A stretch of DNA of 64,000 nucleotides from an uncultured Hyphomicrobiales bacterium (GTDB lineage: Bacteria; Pseudomonadota; Alphaproteobacteria; Rhizobiales; Beijerinckiaceae), in contig CAIZGR010000666.1 of assembly GCA_903932535.1 (NCBI GenBank), positions 798 to 64,797 on the forward strand, given 5' to 3'. The notes under the pieces are model-generated. The model did not search any database. It was not told where the DNA came from and saw only the letters and a program-made list of their open reading frames with translations. Shown here piece after piece: positions 31,968-39,745 of the stretch. The position numbers and the translations under genes were made by a program. How positions within the stretch are numbered: position 1 is the stretch's first letter; every line of letters starts with the position of its first letter.

Positions 31968-32228
31968 AGGACAAGAATTGGCGCTCCGGTCGACGGATTA
32001 GGTGCCGGAACGCCGGGCGGGGGAGGTATTGCGTCCCTGCTGTCCCCCGGGACACGCGGGACACCCAGAACAATCAAAAACCGCCCCGTTTTTCAAACGC
32101 CACAAAACCCCCTATCCTCCCTCTCCCGAAGACCTACAGGAAAAGAAAATGCCGAGAGGGCTCCAAGGCTTGCTGACACCCCCTCCGAACCTCCCCATCC
32201 CGAACCCCGGATCGGCGGAAGACGGGGA
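31968..32228. other. Non-coding region upstream of the terminase genes (late promoter and/or packaging site candidate)
   Basis: 261 bp, lower GC, with C-rich runs on the plus strand. Contains TGTCCC-CC-GGGACA-CGC-GGGACA repeats at 32041-32063. Confidence 0.35.
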
Positions 32229-32810
32229 ATGTCGGCGATGACGGTCAAGGCTTCCCCTCCGAAAAAGAAACGTGGCGGCGTTCGGCTCGGACCGGATGGA
32301 AAACCGTTGCAGGGACGGCGCAAAGGCATCCGCAACAAGAAGACGGTCGAGCGAGAATTGCTGAAGGCGCGGAAAAAAGCGCACGACGCGATGATCGAGG
32401 AGGCGAGGGTCGTCGGTGCCGCGGTCTCGGTCGACGTAGCGATGGCTGCGAACGTGAAGCTCGGAAAGGAGATACTTTCCGACTTCGCGAACGTGCTCGC
32501 CGGCGCGGCGGCGTTCTACCAGCCGACGCCGGGGAACAAGAACGCGGACGAGGCGCGGTTCCTGAAATACTCGGAGCTCGCGATCCACGCGGCCGACAAG
32601 CTCGCGCCGTATCAGAGCCCGCGCCTGGCCGCGATGATGATCGGTCAGACCCAGACGAAGAAGCTCGCCATCACGGGCGGCCTCCCGTCTCCGGACGACG
32701 GCCCGGTCGAGCTCCCGCCCGACCTCTACGAGGACAGCATGCCGTCGCTCGACGACCGCTCCGCCGCCGCTCCGGCGCCGACCCCGGTCAAGACCGACAC
32801 GGCGGCCTGA
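32229..32810 (+). CDS. terS: Terminase small subunit (positional call)
   Basis: Basic N-terminus (KKKRGGVRLG..RRKGIRNKK). Size and position directly upstream of terL. Confidence 0.55.
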   Translation: MSAMTVKASPPKKKRGGVRLGPDGKPLQGRRKGIRNKKTVERELLKARKKAHDAMIEEARVVGAAVSVDVAMAANVKLGKEILSDFANVLAGAAAFYQPTPGNKNADEARFLKYSELAIHAADKLAPYQSPRLAAMMIGQTQTKKLAITGGLPSPDDGPVELPPDLYEDSMPSLDDRSAAAPAPTPVKTDTAA

Positions 32811-34165
32811 TGGACACCATCAGCGAGACAGTCACGATCAAGCTCCCGACGTTTCACCCGGAGCAGGTTCGGGCGTTCAGGACGACGGCGAGCTGGGACT
32901 ACGTCGCGCTCCGGGCCGGCCGGCGCTGGGGGAAGAACGTCTACGGCGAGACGACGGCGTCGGACCACATCGCGCGCGGAATGACGGTCGGATGGTTCGC
33001 GCCGGAATATAAGCGTCTGAGCGAGACCTACGAGAACATCGCGCAGATGATCGAGCCGGTGAAGACCCGCTCGAAGCAAGGCGAGGTCATCCGCACGATG
33101 ACCGACGGTCGCGTCGACTTCTGGTCGCTCGAGGACGAGAACGCCGGGCGAGGCCGCAAGTACCACCTGATCGTCATCGACGAGGCCGCGTTCGGGAAGA
33201 AGAAGATCCTGCGCGAGACGTGGGAGCGGTCGATCAAGCCGACCCTCGTCGACTACGCCGGCCGCGCGCTCGTGATGTCGAACACGAACGGGATCGACCC
33301 CGACGACTTTTTCTATTCGATATGCCACGACCCGTTGCTCGGCTTCCGCCAGTTCCACGCGCCGACGCGGAGCAACCCGTTCCTCCCGCTTCGGAAGCCG
33401 ACCGAGCCGTTCGAGCTCTGGGTCGCTCGCCGGCGCGCCTATTTCGACCGGCTGCGGGCCGACACGCCGCCGCTGGTCTACGAGCAGGAATACAAAGCGG
33501 AGTTCGTCGATTGGTCGGGGGCCTCGTTCTTCGCGCTCGACACGCTGCTGGTCCGCGCCGGCGACGGCTCGATGCAGCCGGCCGACCTCCCGGCGAAGTG
33601 CGACGCGGTGTTCGCCGTGATCGACACCGCGACGAAGACCGGCAAGGACAACGACGGGACCGGCGTCACCTACTTCGCCTTCGTGCGCCACGGCCTGACC
33701 TACAACGTGATCGTGCTCGATTGGGACCTCCAGCAGATCGAGGGCGCGCTCCTGGAGACCTGGTTGCCGACGATCTTCCAGAACCTGGAGCACTACGCGA
33801 AGGCCTGCCGGGCCCGGTCCGGATCGGTCGGCGCCTTCATCGAGGACAAGGCCTCCGGCATGGTGCTGCTCCAGCAGGCGGCCCGGCGGGGCTGGCCGGC
33901 GACTCCCATCGATTCGAAGCTGACGAGCCTGGGCAAGGACGAGCGGGCGATCTCGGTCTCCGGCTACGTCTACCGGGGCCTGGTCAAACTCTCCCGGAAG
34001 GCCTTCGACAAGGTCGTCACCTACAAGGGCACGACCCGCAATCACCTTCGTGGCCAGGTGGTAGGTTTTCGGATAGGATCGAAGAACGAGCAGCGGGAGG
34101 ACGATCTCACGGATTGTTTTTGTTATGGTGTGGCGCTGGCTTTAGGAAATAACGAGGGTTTTTAG
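32810..34165 (+). CDS. terL: Terminase large subunit
   Basis: Walker A-like LRAGRRWGKN and Walker B HLIVIDEAA, with a C-terminal nuclease-type region containing VIDTA...DGTG. Confidence 0.9.
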   Translation: MDTISETVTIKLPTFHPEQVRAFRTTASWDYVALRAGRRWGKNVYGETTASDHIARGMTVGWFAPEYKRLSETYENIAQMIEPVKTRSKQGEVIRTMTDGRVDFWSLEDENAGRGRKYHLIVIDEAAFGKKKILRETWERSIKPTLVDYAGRALVMSNTNGIDPDDFFYSICHDPLLGFRQFHAPTRSNPFLPLRKPTEPFELWVARRRAYFDRLRADTPPLVYEQEYKAEFVDWSGASFFALDTLLVRAGDGSMQPADLPAKCDAVFAVIDTATKTGKDNDGTGVTYFAFVRHGLTYNVIVLDWDLQQIEGALLETWLPTIFQNLEHYAKACRARSGSVGAFIEDKASGMVLLQQAARRGWPATPIDSKLTSLGKDERAISVSGYVYRGLVKLSRKAFDKVVTYKGTTRNHLRGQVVGFRIGSKNEQREDDLTDCFCYGVALALGNNEGF

Positions 34166-34698
34166 TGCGACGCGATTTTTACGTCTACGCCCTATTCCGT
34201 CCAGATGGCTCGCCCTGCTACGTCGGGAAAGGCTGCGGTAGCCGCTGGCTGCATCATGAGCAAAAGGGAAAGTGCTATAATCATCGCCTCGCACGAATCA
34301 TAGCGAAGGCCGACGGCCCGCTTCCGAAGGTTAAACTTCGAGAAAAATTAACGAGCGCGGAGGCTTGTGCGATCGAGGTCGCTTTCATCGCCGCTATCGG
34401 TCGCGGTCGGCGCGGCCCTCTCGTCAACATGACGGACGGCGGCGAGGGGCTTGGCGGCGTTCCGATGACCGACGAGATTAAAGGAAAGATCGCGCGGGCC
34501 AATAAGGGCCGACGACGAGCGCGGCGCCGTGGAGATGCTGGTGGTCGAGACGATCGACGGCCGCGCGGTGTTCAAGCAGGACGCGGTCGGCAACCCGGTC
34601 CGCGTCGAGATGCGCGGCGACGTCCGGATCATCATGCCGAAGCGCGCCGGACGACCTCACTGAGCGAAGCATTTGCGGCGAGCGGAGTCAGGCTGTAG
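34165..34698 (+). CDS. GIY-YIG nuclease-domain ORF (homing-endonuclease-like insert); only about the first 114 codons look coding
   Basis: FYVYALFRPDGSPCYVGKGCGSRWLHH is a GIY-YIG pattern. 34165-34505 is visibly lower in GC. Beyond about 34505 this frame loses GC3 bias and becomes R/G-rich. Confidence 0.55.
   Translation: MRRDFYVYALFRPDGSPCYVGKGCGSRWLHHEQKGKCYNHRLARIIAKADGPLPKVKLREKLTSAEACAIEVAFIAAIGRGRRGPLVNMTDGGEGLGGVPMTDEIKGKIARANKGRRRARRRGDAGGRDDRRPRGVQAGRGRQPGPRRDARRRPDHHAEARRTTSLSEAFAASGVRL
34508..34663 (+). CDS. Alternative-frame coding segment (continuation after a frameshift, or a 42-44 aa ORF from GTG 34529 or ATG 34535)
   Basis: Strong GC3 bias. Translation is ADDERGAVEMLVVETIDGRAVFKQDAVGNPVRVEMRGDVRIIMPKRAGRPH with a stop at 34661-34663. 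Confidence 0.35.
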   Translation, partial: ADDERGAVEMLVVETIDGRAVFKQDAVGNPVRVEMRGDVRIIMPKRAGRPH

Positions 34699-34827
34699 GC
34701 TTTCGCTCGGCCCGCGACACTCGGCGCGGGCTCTTGCCGCGGGCTGCGCCCTGTTCGCAGCCCGCGACGGCGGACCCCGGGGTTTCGGCCCCGGGGGACG
34801 CCGCATCAGGAAAGGACCGGTCAGAGC

Positions 34828-36366
34828 ATGGCAACCGTCACGATCACCGGCTCGCTGCTGGGCACCCAGCTCCAGACGCTCCTCCAGGCCGACGACATCG
34901 TCCCCGGGGCGACGCCGTCCTACCAGCTTTGCAAGACCATCTACGCCTACCACCCGCTCGGCGCCAAGATCGCGGAGAAGCCCGTCCAGATCGCCCAGAG
35001 CCAGAAGCGCGACGTCACGATCCAGAAGGGCCCCGAGGACCGGCTTCGCGAGGCCTACGAGCAGGAGTGGGACCGCGCCGGCGTCGACCGGCACATCTTC
35101 AACGTGATGCGGCTCGCCCGGGCCTACGGCGTGTCGACGCTCGCGCTGCTGTGCGAGGGCGAGCGGTCGGACCTGCCGATCACGCTGGACACGCTCTGGA
35201 AGGCCTCGATCTCGTTCAACGTGTTCGACCCGCTGAACACCGCGGGGTCGCTCGTCCTCAACCAGAACCCGAACGCGATCGACTTCCAGAAGATCCCGGG
35301 CGGGGTCTCGGTCGCGGGCCAGGCCTACCACCGCTCCCGCGTCGTCGTGATGATGAACGAGGACCCGCTCTACATCGAGTACACCAGCAGCGCCTTCGGC
35401 TACGTCGGCCGCTCGGTCTACCAGCGCGCGCTCTACCCGCTGAAGTCGTTCATCCAGTCGCTCGTCACCGACGACATGGTGACGCGCAAGGCCGGGCTGA
35501 TCGTCGCGATGATCAAGAGCGCCGGCTCGATCATCGACAACGTCATGGTCAAGGTCGGGATCAAGAAGCGCGACCTGCTGAAGGACGCCCAGACCGACAA
35601 CGTGCTGCAGGTCGGCCCCGACGACAAGATCGAGACGCTGAACATGGAGAACCTGGCCGCGGCCTACGGCCAGGCCCGCAAGAACGTGTTGGAGAACATC
35701 GCGTCGGCCGTGCCGATGCCGGCCCTCCTGCTGAACAACGAGACCTTCGCGGAGGGCTTCGGCGAGGGCAGCGAGGACGCCAAGGCGGTCGCGCAGTTCG
35801 TCGACGAGATGCGCAAGCAGATGCAGCCGCTCTACGTGTTCTTCGACATGATCGTCCAGCGGCGCGCCTGGAACCCGGAGTTCTACGAGATCATCCAGCG
35901 CGACTTCCCCGACTACGCCGGCGTGCCGTTCAACAGCGCGTTCTACGAATGGTCGAACTCGTTCGCCGCAGTGTGGCCGTCGCTGCTCAAGGAGCCGCCG
36001 AGCGAGGAGGTCAAGGTCGACGACGTCAGGCTGCGCGCGATCGTCGCGCTGCTGGAGGTCCTGCTGCCGATCGCCGACCCGGAGAACAAGGCCCTGATCG
36101 TCAAGTGGGCGGTGGACAACTTCAACTCGCTCAAGATGCTGTTCGACGCGAACCTGCAGCTCGACTACGAGGCGCTCGCCGCGTGGACCCCGCAGCAGCC
36201 GGCCCAGGGCGACGGCGAGGACGCCGGCGACGCCGAGCCGAAGCCGCCGGCGTTCCGCCAGGACGCCATCGCCGCGAGGCTCGGCGACTTCGGCGCGTCG
36301 GTCGCGGCTCTGGCCGTCAAGCGCAACCGCCGGCCCGCCCGCGAGGCGCAGATCGGAAGGAACTGA
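34828..36366 (+). CDS. Portal protein
   Basis: 512 aa, downstream of terL. Acidic C-terminus. Sequence pattern is reminiscent of DUF1073-type portals. Confidence 0.75.
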   Translation: MATVTITGSLLGTQLQTLLQADDIVPGATPSYQLCKTIYAYHPLGAKIAEKPVQIAQSQKRDVTIQKGPEDRLREAYEQEWDRAGVDRHIFNVMRLARAYGVSTLALLCEGERSDLPITLDTLWKASISFNVFDPLNTAGSLVLNQNPNAIDFQKIPGGVSVAGQAYHRSRVVVMMNEDPLYIEYTSSAFGYVGRSVYQRALYPLKSFIQSLVTDDMVTRKAGLIVAMIKSAGSIIDNVMVKVGIKKRDLLKDAQTDNVLQVGPDDKIETLNMENLAAAYGQARKNVLENIASAVPMPALLLNNETFAEGFGEGSEDAKAVAQFVDEMRKQMQPLYVFFDMIVQRRAWNPEFYEIIQRDFPDYAGVPFNSAFYEWSNSFAAVWPSLLKEPPSEEVKVDDVRLRAIVALLEVLLPIADPENKALIVKWAVDNFNSLKMLFDANLQLDYEALAAWTPQQPAQGDGEDAGDAEPKPPAFRQDAIAARLGDFGASVAALAVKRNRRPAREAQIGRN

Positions 36367-36371
36367 CCGCG

Positions 36372-36569
36372 GTGACCAGGGACCACGCCATAAAGCGCGC
36401 GAAGACGATGCGGGAGGCCCAGGCCAAGCAGGCGAAGATCGCGCAGGACTGGCGGGTGCCGCACAACCTGCGCTACGAGGCGGTGATCAAGGCGGAGGAG
36501 TACGACGAGGCGGCCCGGCGGTTCGACCGATTCGCCGAGCGGCCGCTGACCTCGGGAAAGGCGCGCTGA
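36372..36569 (+). CDS. Hypothetical protein (65 aa)
   Basis: GTG 36372 preceded by GGAAGGAA. GC3 bias. This is the tail of the artefactual ORF 34734..36569. Confidence 0.45.
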   Translation: MTRDHAIKRAKTMREAQAKQAKIAQDWRVPHNLRYEAVIKAEEYDEAARRFDRFAERPLTSGKAR

Positions 36570-36796
36570 TGACCGGACGACCGGACGACGCGTCAGTGCC
36601 GGATCTTCTCGAGGAAAACCTCCGGCTGACGGTCGAGCTTCAACTGATGACCGCGGCCTACGGCGCCGCCCAGCTCAAGATCGCCCACCTCGAGCGGTTG
36701 CTCGCCGACCAGCCGTCGAACCAGCGCCGGCGCGAGTTCGACCGGATGCGCGAGGCCGCGCTCGAGAACGGCAAGCGCGGGGTCTACCAGCCGTGA
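36569..36796 (+). CDS. Hypothetical coiled-coil protein (75 aa)
   Basis: ORF track. TGATG overlap at the start. Confidence 0.55.
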   Translation: MTGRPDDASVPDLLEENLRLTVELQLMTAAYGAAQLKIAHLERLLADQPSNQRRREFDRMREAALENGKRGVYQP

Positions 36797-37041
36797 TCAC
36801 CTTGAACGACGGCGACGTCCTGAGCTGCGGATGGGGCCACCCTATGTTCCGCGTTATCGGCCGGGCGGGCCCGGAGCAGCGGCTGGAGTCGCTGGGCGGC
36901 GCCGATCCGGAGAAGCTGCTTTCCCGCGAAGCGTTTTGCCCGTCGTGCCGTCGCCAGAACATGCTGGTCGAATGCGTGTCGTGCTGCGGAGGAGCGTGGC
37001 AGGCGAACGTTAACGGCGCGTGGAAAGCCGCCGATGGTTGA
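36793..37041 (+). CDS. Cys-rich hypothetical protein (82 aa)
   Basis: GTGA overlap at the start. CPSCRRQ...CVSCCG zinc-ribbon-like pattern. Confidence 0.5.
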   Translation: MITLNDGDVLSCGWGHPMFRVIGRAGPEQRLESLGGADPEKLLSREAFCPSCRRQNMLVECVSCCGGAWQANVNGAWKAADG

Positions 37042-37867
37042 CCGGACCAACTTCTACGAGGTGCTCTCGGCCGCGATCGACGACATGGCGGCGAACGGTT
37101 TCGATTCCGTGGAGCGAGTCCAGCGGTGGACCGAGGCCCTCCGGGTGGCGGCCCAGGGCGCGACCGCTCCCCCCGCCGAGCTCGAGGAGATGCTTCGCTC
37201 CGGCCTCGCGTCGGTCTACAAGCGGCTCGTCGACGACGCGGGAATCGTGCGGCTCCACCCCAACCTCGGCCGGTTCACGCTCCAGCAGGTGCGGCCGAAG
37301 CTGCGGGCCGAACTCGATCGGCGGATCATGGCGTCGGCGAACCTGATCAAGCTCAACCGCCAGCAGGCGATCGACAAGACGCTCCAGCGTTTCCAGGGCT
37401 GGGCGACCTCGATCCCCGCCGGCGGCTCGGCCGAACCCGAGAAGGCCAAGACCCGAAAGAACGTGCGCAAGGCCCTCGCGCAGCTCCCGTTCGAGGAGCG
37501 GCGCGTGCTGATCGACCAGGGCCACAAGCTCGCGGCCGCGCTCTCGCACACGCTCGCGAGCGACGGCGGCGCCATCGCCGCGCGGTGGCGGAGCCACTGG
37601 CGCCAGGCCGGCTACGACTACCGCCCCGACCACAAGGACCGCGACGAGCGGGTGTACGCGCTGCGGGACTCGTGGGCGATGCAGCGCGGCCTGATGAAGA
37701 AGGGGCCGAACCCGTTCTACGACCAGATCACCGCGGTCGGCGAGGAGCCGTTCTGCCGCTGCTACGCGGTCTGGCTCTACGCGATCAGGGATTTGCCGAA
37801 AGAGATGGTTACTGTAAAAGGGCAAGGCGCGCTCGATGAAGCGAGGGCGGCCGTCGCCGCCATGTGA
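37034..37867 (+). CDS. Head morphogenesis / minor capsid protein (SPP1 gp7 / Mu F-like, positional)
   Basis: 277 aa, after the portal. C-terminal WRSHW..AGYDYRPDHKDRDERVY..PFCRCY resembles F-like minor head proteins. Confidence 0.55.
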   Translation: MVDRTNFYEVLSAAIDDMAANGFDSVERVQRWTEALRVAAQGATAPPAELEEMLRSGLASVYKRLVDDAGIVRLHPNLGRFTLQQVRPKLRAELDRRIMASANLIKLNRQQAIDKTLQRFQGWATSIPAGGSAEPEKAKTRKNVRKALAQLPFEERRVLIDQGHKLAAALSHTLASDGGAIAARWRSHWRQAGYDYRPDHKDRDERVYALRDSWAMQRGLMKKGPNPFYDQITAVGEEPFCRCYAVWLYAIRDLPKEMVTVKGQGALDEARAAVAAM

Positions 37868-37894
37868 TTCATTCCCCAACGGAGGTCGCCACCA

Positions 37895-38395
37895 ATGCGC
37901 ACCATGAAGTCCACCCTGCTCGGTCTCGCCTTCGCCGGCGCCCTCGCGTCCGCGGTCGCGGCCGCGCCGAACCCGCCGCTGAACGGATACCCGGTCAACC
38001 AGGACGTCGGCGCCGTCATCACCAACGTGCTGCGCACGCCCGCGACCGTGACCGGCGAACCCAGCGTCCAGAACAACAACTGGCGCGGCGTCACCTGCGC
38101 CTTCCTCGGCATCGCGTCGTCCGGCTCGCCGACCGAGACCTGGAGCATCGAGGGCTTCGACGCGGCGACGGCCTCCTGGTATCAGATCGGCGCGAGCGCG
38201 ACGTTCTCCTGGACGCCCTACACCGCGTTCGCCCTCAAGACCCTGACCGTCTACCCGGGCGTGGCCGTCGGCTCGCTCTCGACCGGTAACGCCGCGCAGA
38301 GCGCGACGCTGCCCAAGCGGTGGCGGCTCAAGGACGTGGTCGGCGGCGCCGGCTTCGCGGTCACCAGCAAGGGCGGCTGCAACTACATCAACTGA
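37895..38395 (+). CDS. Secreted hypothetical protein (moron)
   Basis: Signal peptide MRTMKSTLLGLAFAGALASAVAAAP. Sits in the middle of the head module. Confidence 0.65.
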   Translation: MRTMKSTLLGLAFAGALASAVAAAPNPPLNGYPVNQDVGAVITNVLRTPATVTGEPSVQNNNWRGVTCAFLGIASSGSPTETWSIEGFDAATASWYQIGASATFSWTPYTAFALKTLTVYPGVAVGSLSTGNAAQSATLPKRWRLKDVVGGAGFAVTSKGGCNYIN

Positions 38396-38403
38396 GGTTC
38401 GCC

Positions 38404-39738
38404 GTGGGATCGACGGCGCGCTCCATCTTCGAACTGGCCGGGCGTCACGCGCCCGGCCTTTGGGCTTTCGCGGTGGTCGCGGCCTACGTCCCGTTCATCC
38501 CGTCAGGGGCCACCTACGGCCGGCACGCGGCCATGGCGCTCGGGGTCGCCGCCCTGCTGTGGCGCTCGCGAGTGGTGCCGTCCGCCGGACATTTGATGCT
38601 CGGGGGCCTCCTCGGGTGGATGGCCTGCGGATTCCTGTGGACAACTTCCGCATGGGAGACCGGCGGCGAGATCGTTTTCTGGTCGATCCTGGCCGGGTGC
38701 TTCTGCGTCGGCTTCTCGTTTTCGGACGAAGACGTCGACGATCTCTGGAAGGGGTTCGGCGCCGGCATGGTCGTGTCGGCCTGCTTCGCGATCGGTCAGA
38801 AGTTCGGGATGGAATCTCTCGGGCTCAAACCGTCATGGTTCTCGTCCGACGACCCGGTCTGGTCGATCTACGACAAGACGATATGGTCCATCTACCCGGT
38901 CGGGCAGGTCGGAATCTTCCTTAGCAAAAACATGGCGTCGGACGCCGCAGTGCTGGCGTTGATCGGCTGCTGCGCCTGGTCGCGCATTGTGTTCATACCG
39001 GCGGCCGCGGTTTCGATGTGGCTCGTCGGCGGTCGCGCCGGCGCCATGGCGCTCGGGGCCGCCGGCTTCGCCGGGCTTTGGTTCTCGTTCCCGGGGCGCC
39101 GACCGGGCCTGGCGGCGGTCGCCGCCGCCGCCGCCGTGATCGTCCTGCTGCTGGCGCATCTCGGCCTGCTCGGCCAGTTCTCGGACCGGCTTCAGATTTG
39201 GGAGCTGGTCGCGCGCAACCTGACGATCCTCGGCCACGGCGCCGGGACGTTCGCGGTGGCGGCGACCGGGATCGAGCACGCTCACAACGAGTTTTTGCAT
39301 TACGCGTTCGAGCTTGGTATCGGTTCGGTGCTCCTGTGGGGGATCTTCGCTCATGCGCTCGGAAGCGGCCCGGTTCTCGAGCGATGCGCGCTCGTCGCCA
39401 TCCTCGCCCAAAGCGTTGTGTGGTTTCCGCTGCACGCGCCCGTCCCCGCTTTCCTGGGCATGGTGCTGGCGGGCCGCCTTTGCGGTCTGCGCGATCGCGC
39501 TGCTGGCCTTGAACGGGCGCGCGGAATGGCTTGCTCACTTGGCCTATTCGACGGCGACGCTCTCGGCGTCGGAGCGATGTCCGAGGCTGACCATCTCCGA
39601 CTGCGGTCGGATGGACGCAGCGGCGCAGACCTACGTGCAACTGCTGTGGGCCGCCGAGACCTACCCGCTGGACCGGCGGATCAGGTGGGCACCGGAGCAG
39701 TTCGTGGCGCGGTATCAGGAAGTCGAACGGAGGCATAG
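38404..39738 (+). CDS. O-antigen ligase/polymerase (Wzy_C)-like polytopic membrane protein (moron); 3' part is frame-ambiguous
   Basis: Multiple TM segments and the EHAHNEFLHYAFELG motif (H.HN..L....E.G). GTG 38404. After about 39470 the GC3 bias moves to the +1 frame. Confidence 0.65.
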   Translation: MGSTARSIFELAGRHAPGLWAFAVVAAYVPFIPSGATYGRHAAMALGVAALLWRSRVVPSAGHLMLGGLLGWMACGFLWTTSAWETGGEIVFWSILAGCFCVGFSFSDEDVDDLWKGFGAGMVVSACFAIGQKFGMESLGLKPSWFSSDDPVWSIYDKTIWSIYPVGQVGIFLSKNMASDAAVLALIGCCAWSRIVFIPAAAVSMWLVGGRAGAMALGAAGFAGLWFSFPGRRPGLAAVAAAAAVIVLLLAHLGLLGQFSDRLQIWELVARNLTILGHGAGTFAVAATGIEHAHNEFLHYAFELGIGSVLLWGIFAHALGSGPVLERCALVAILAQSVVWFPLHAPVPAFLGMVLAGRLCGLRDRAAGLERARGMACSLGLFDGDALGVGAMSEADHLRLRSDGRSGADLRATAVGRRDLPAGPADQVGTGAVRGAVSGSRTEA

Positions 39739-39745
39739 CCGGTGA
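39509..39745 (+). CDS. Alternative-frame coding segment (C-terminal continuation of the ligase-like gene after a frameshift, or a separate small gene)
   Basis: High GC3 from about 39470. The stop at 39743-39745 forms a GTGA overlap with the next gene. Possible starts are TTG 39509, TTG 39539 and ATG 39611. Confidence 0.35.
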   Translation: MNGRAEWLAHLAYSTATLSASERCPRLTISDCGRMDAAAQTYVQLLWAAETYPLDRRIRWAPEQFVARYQEVERRHSR

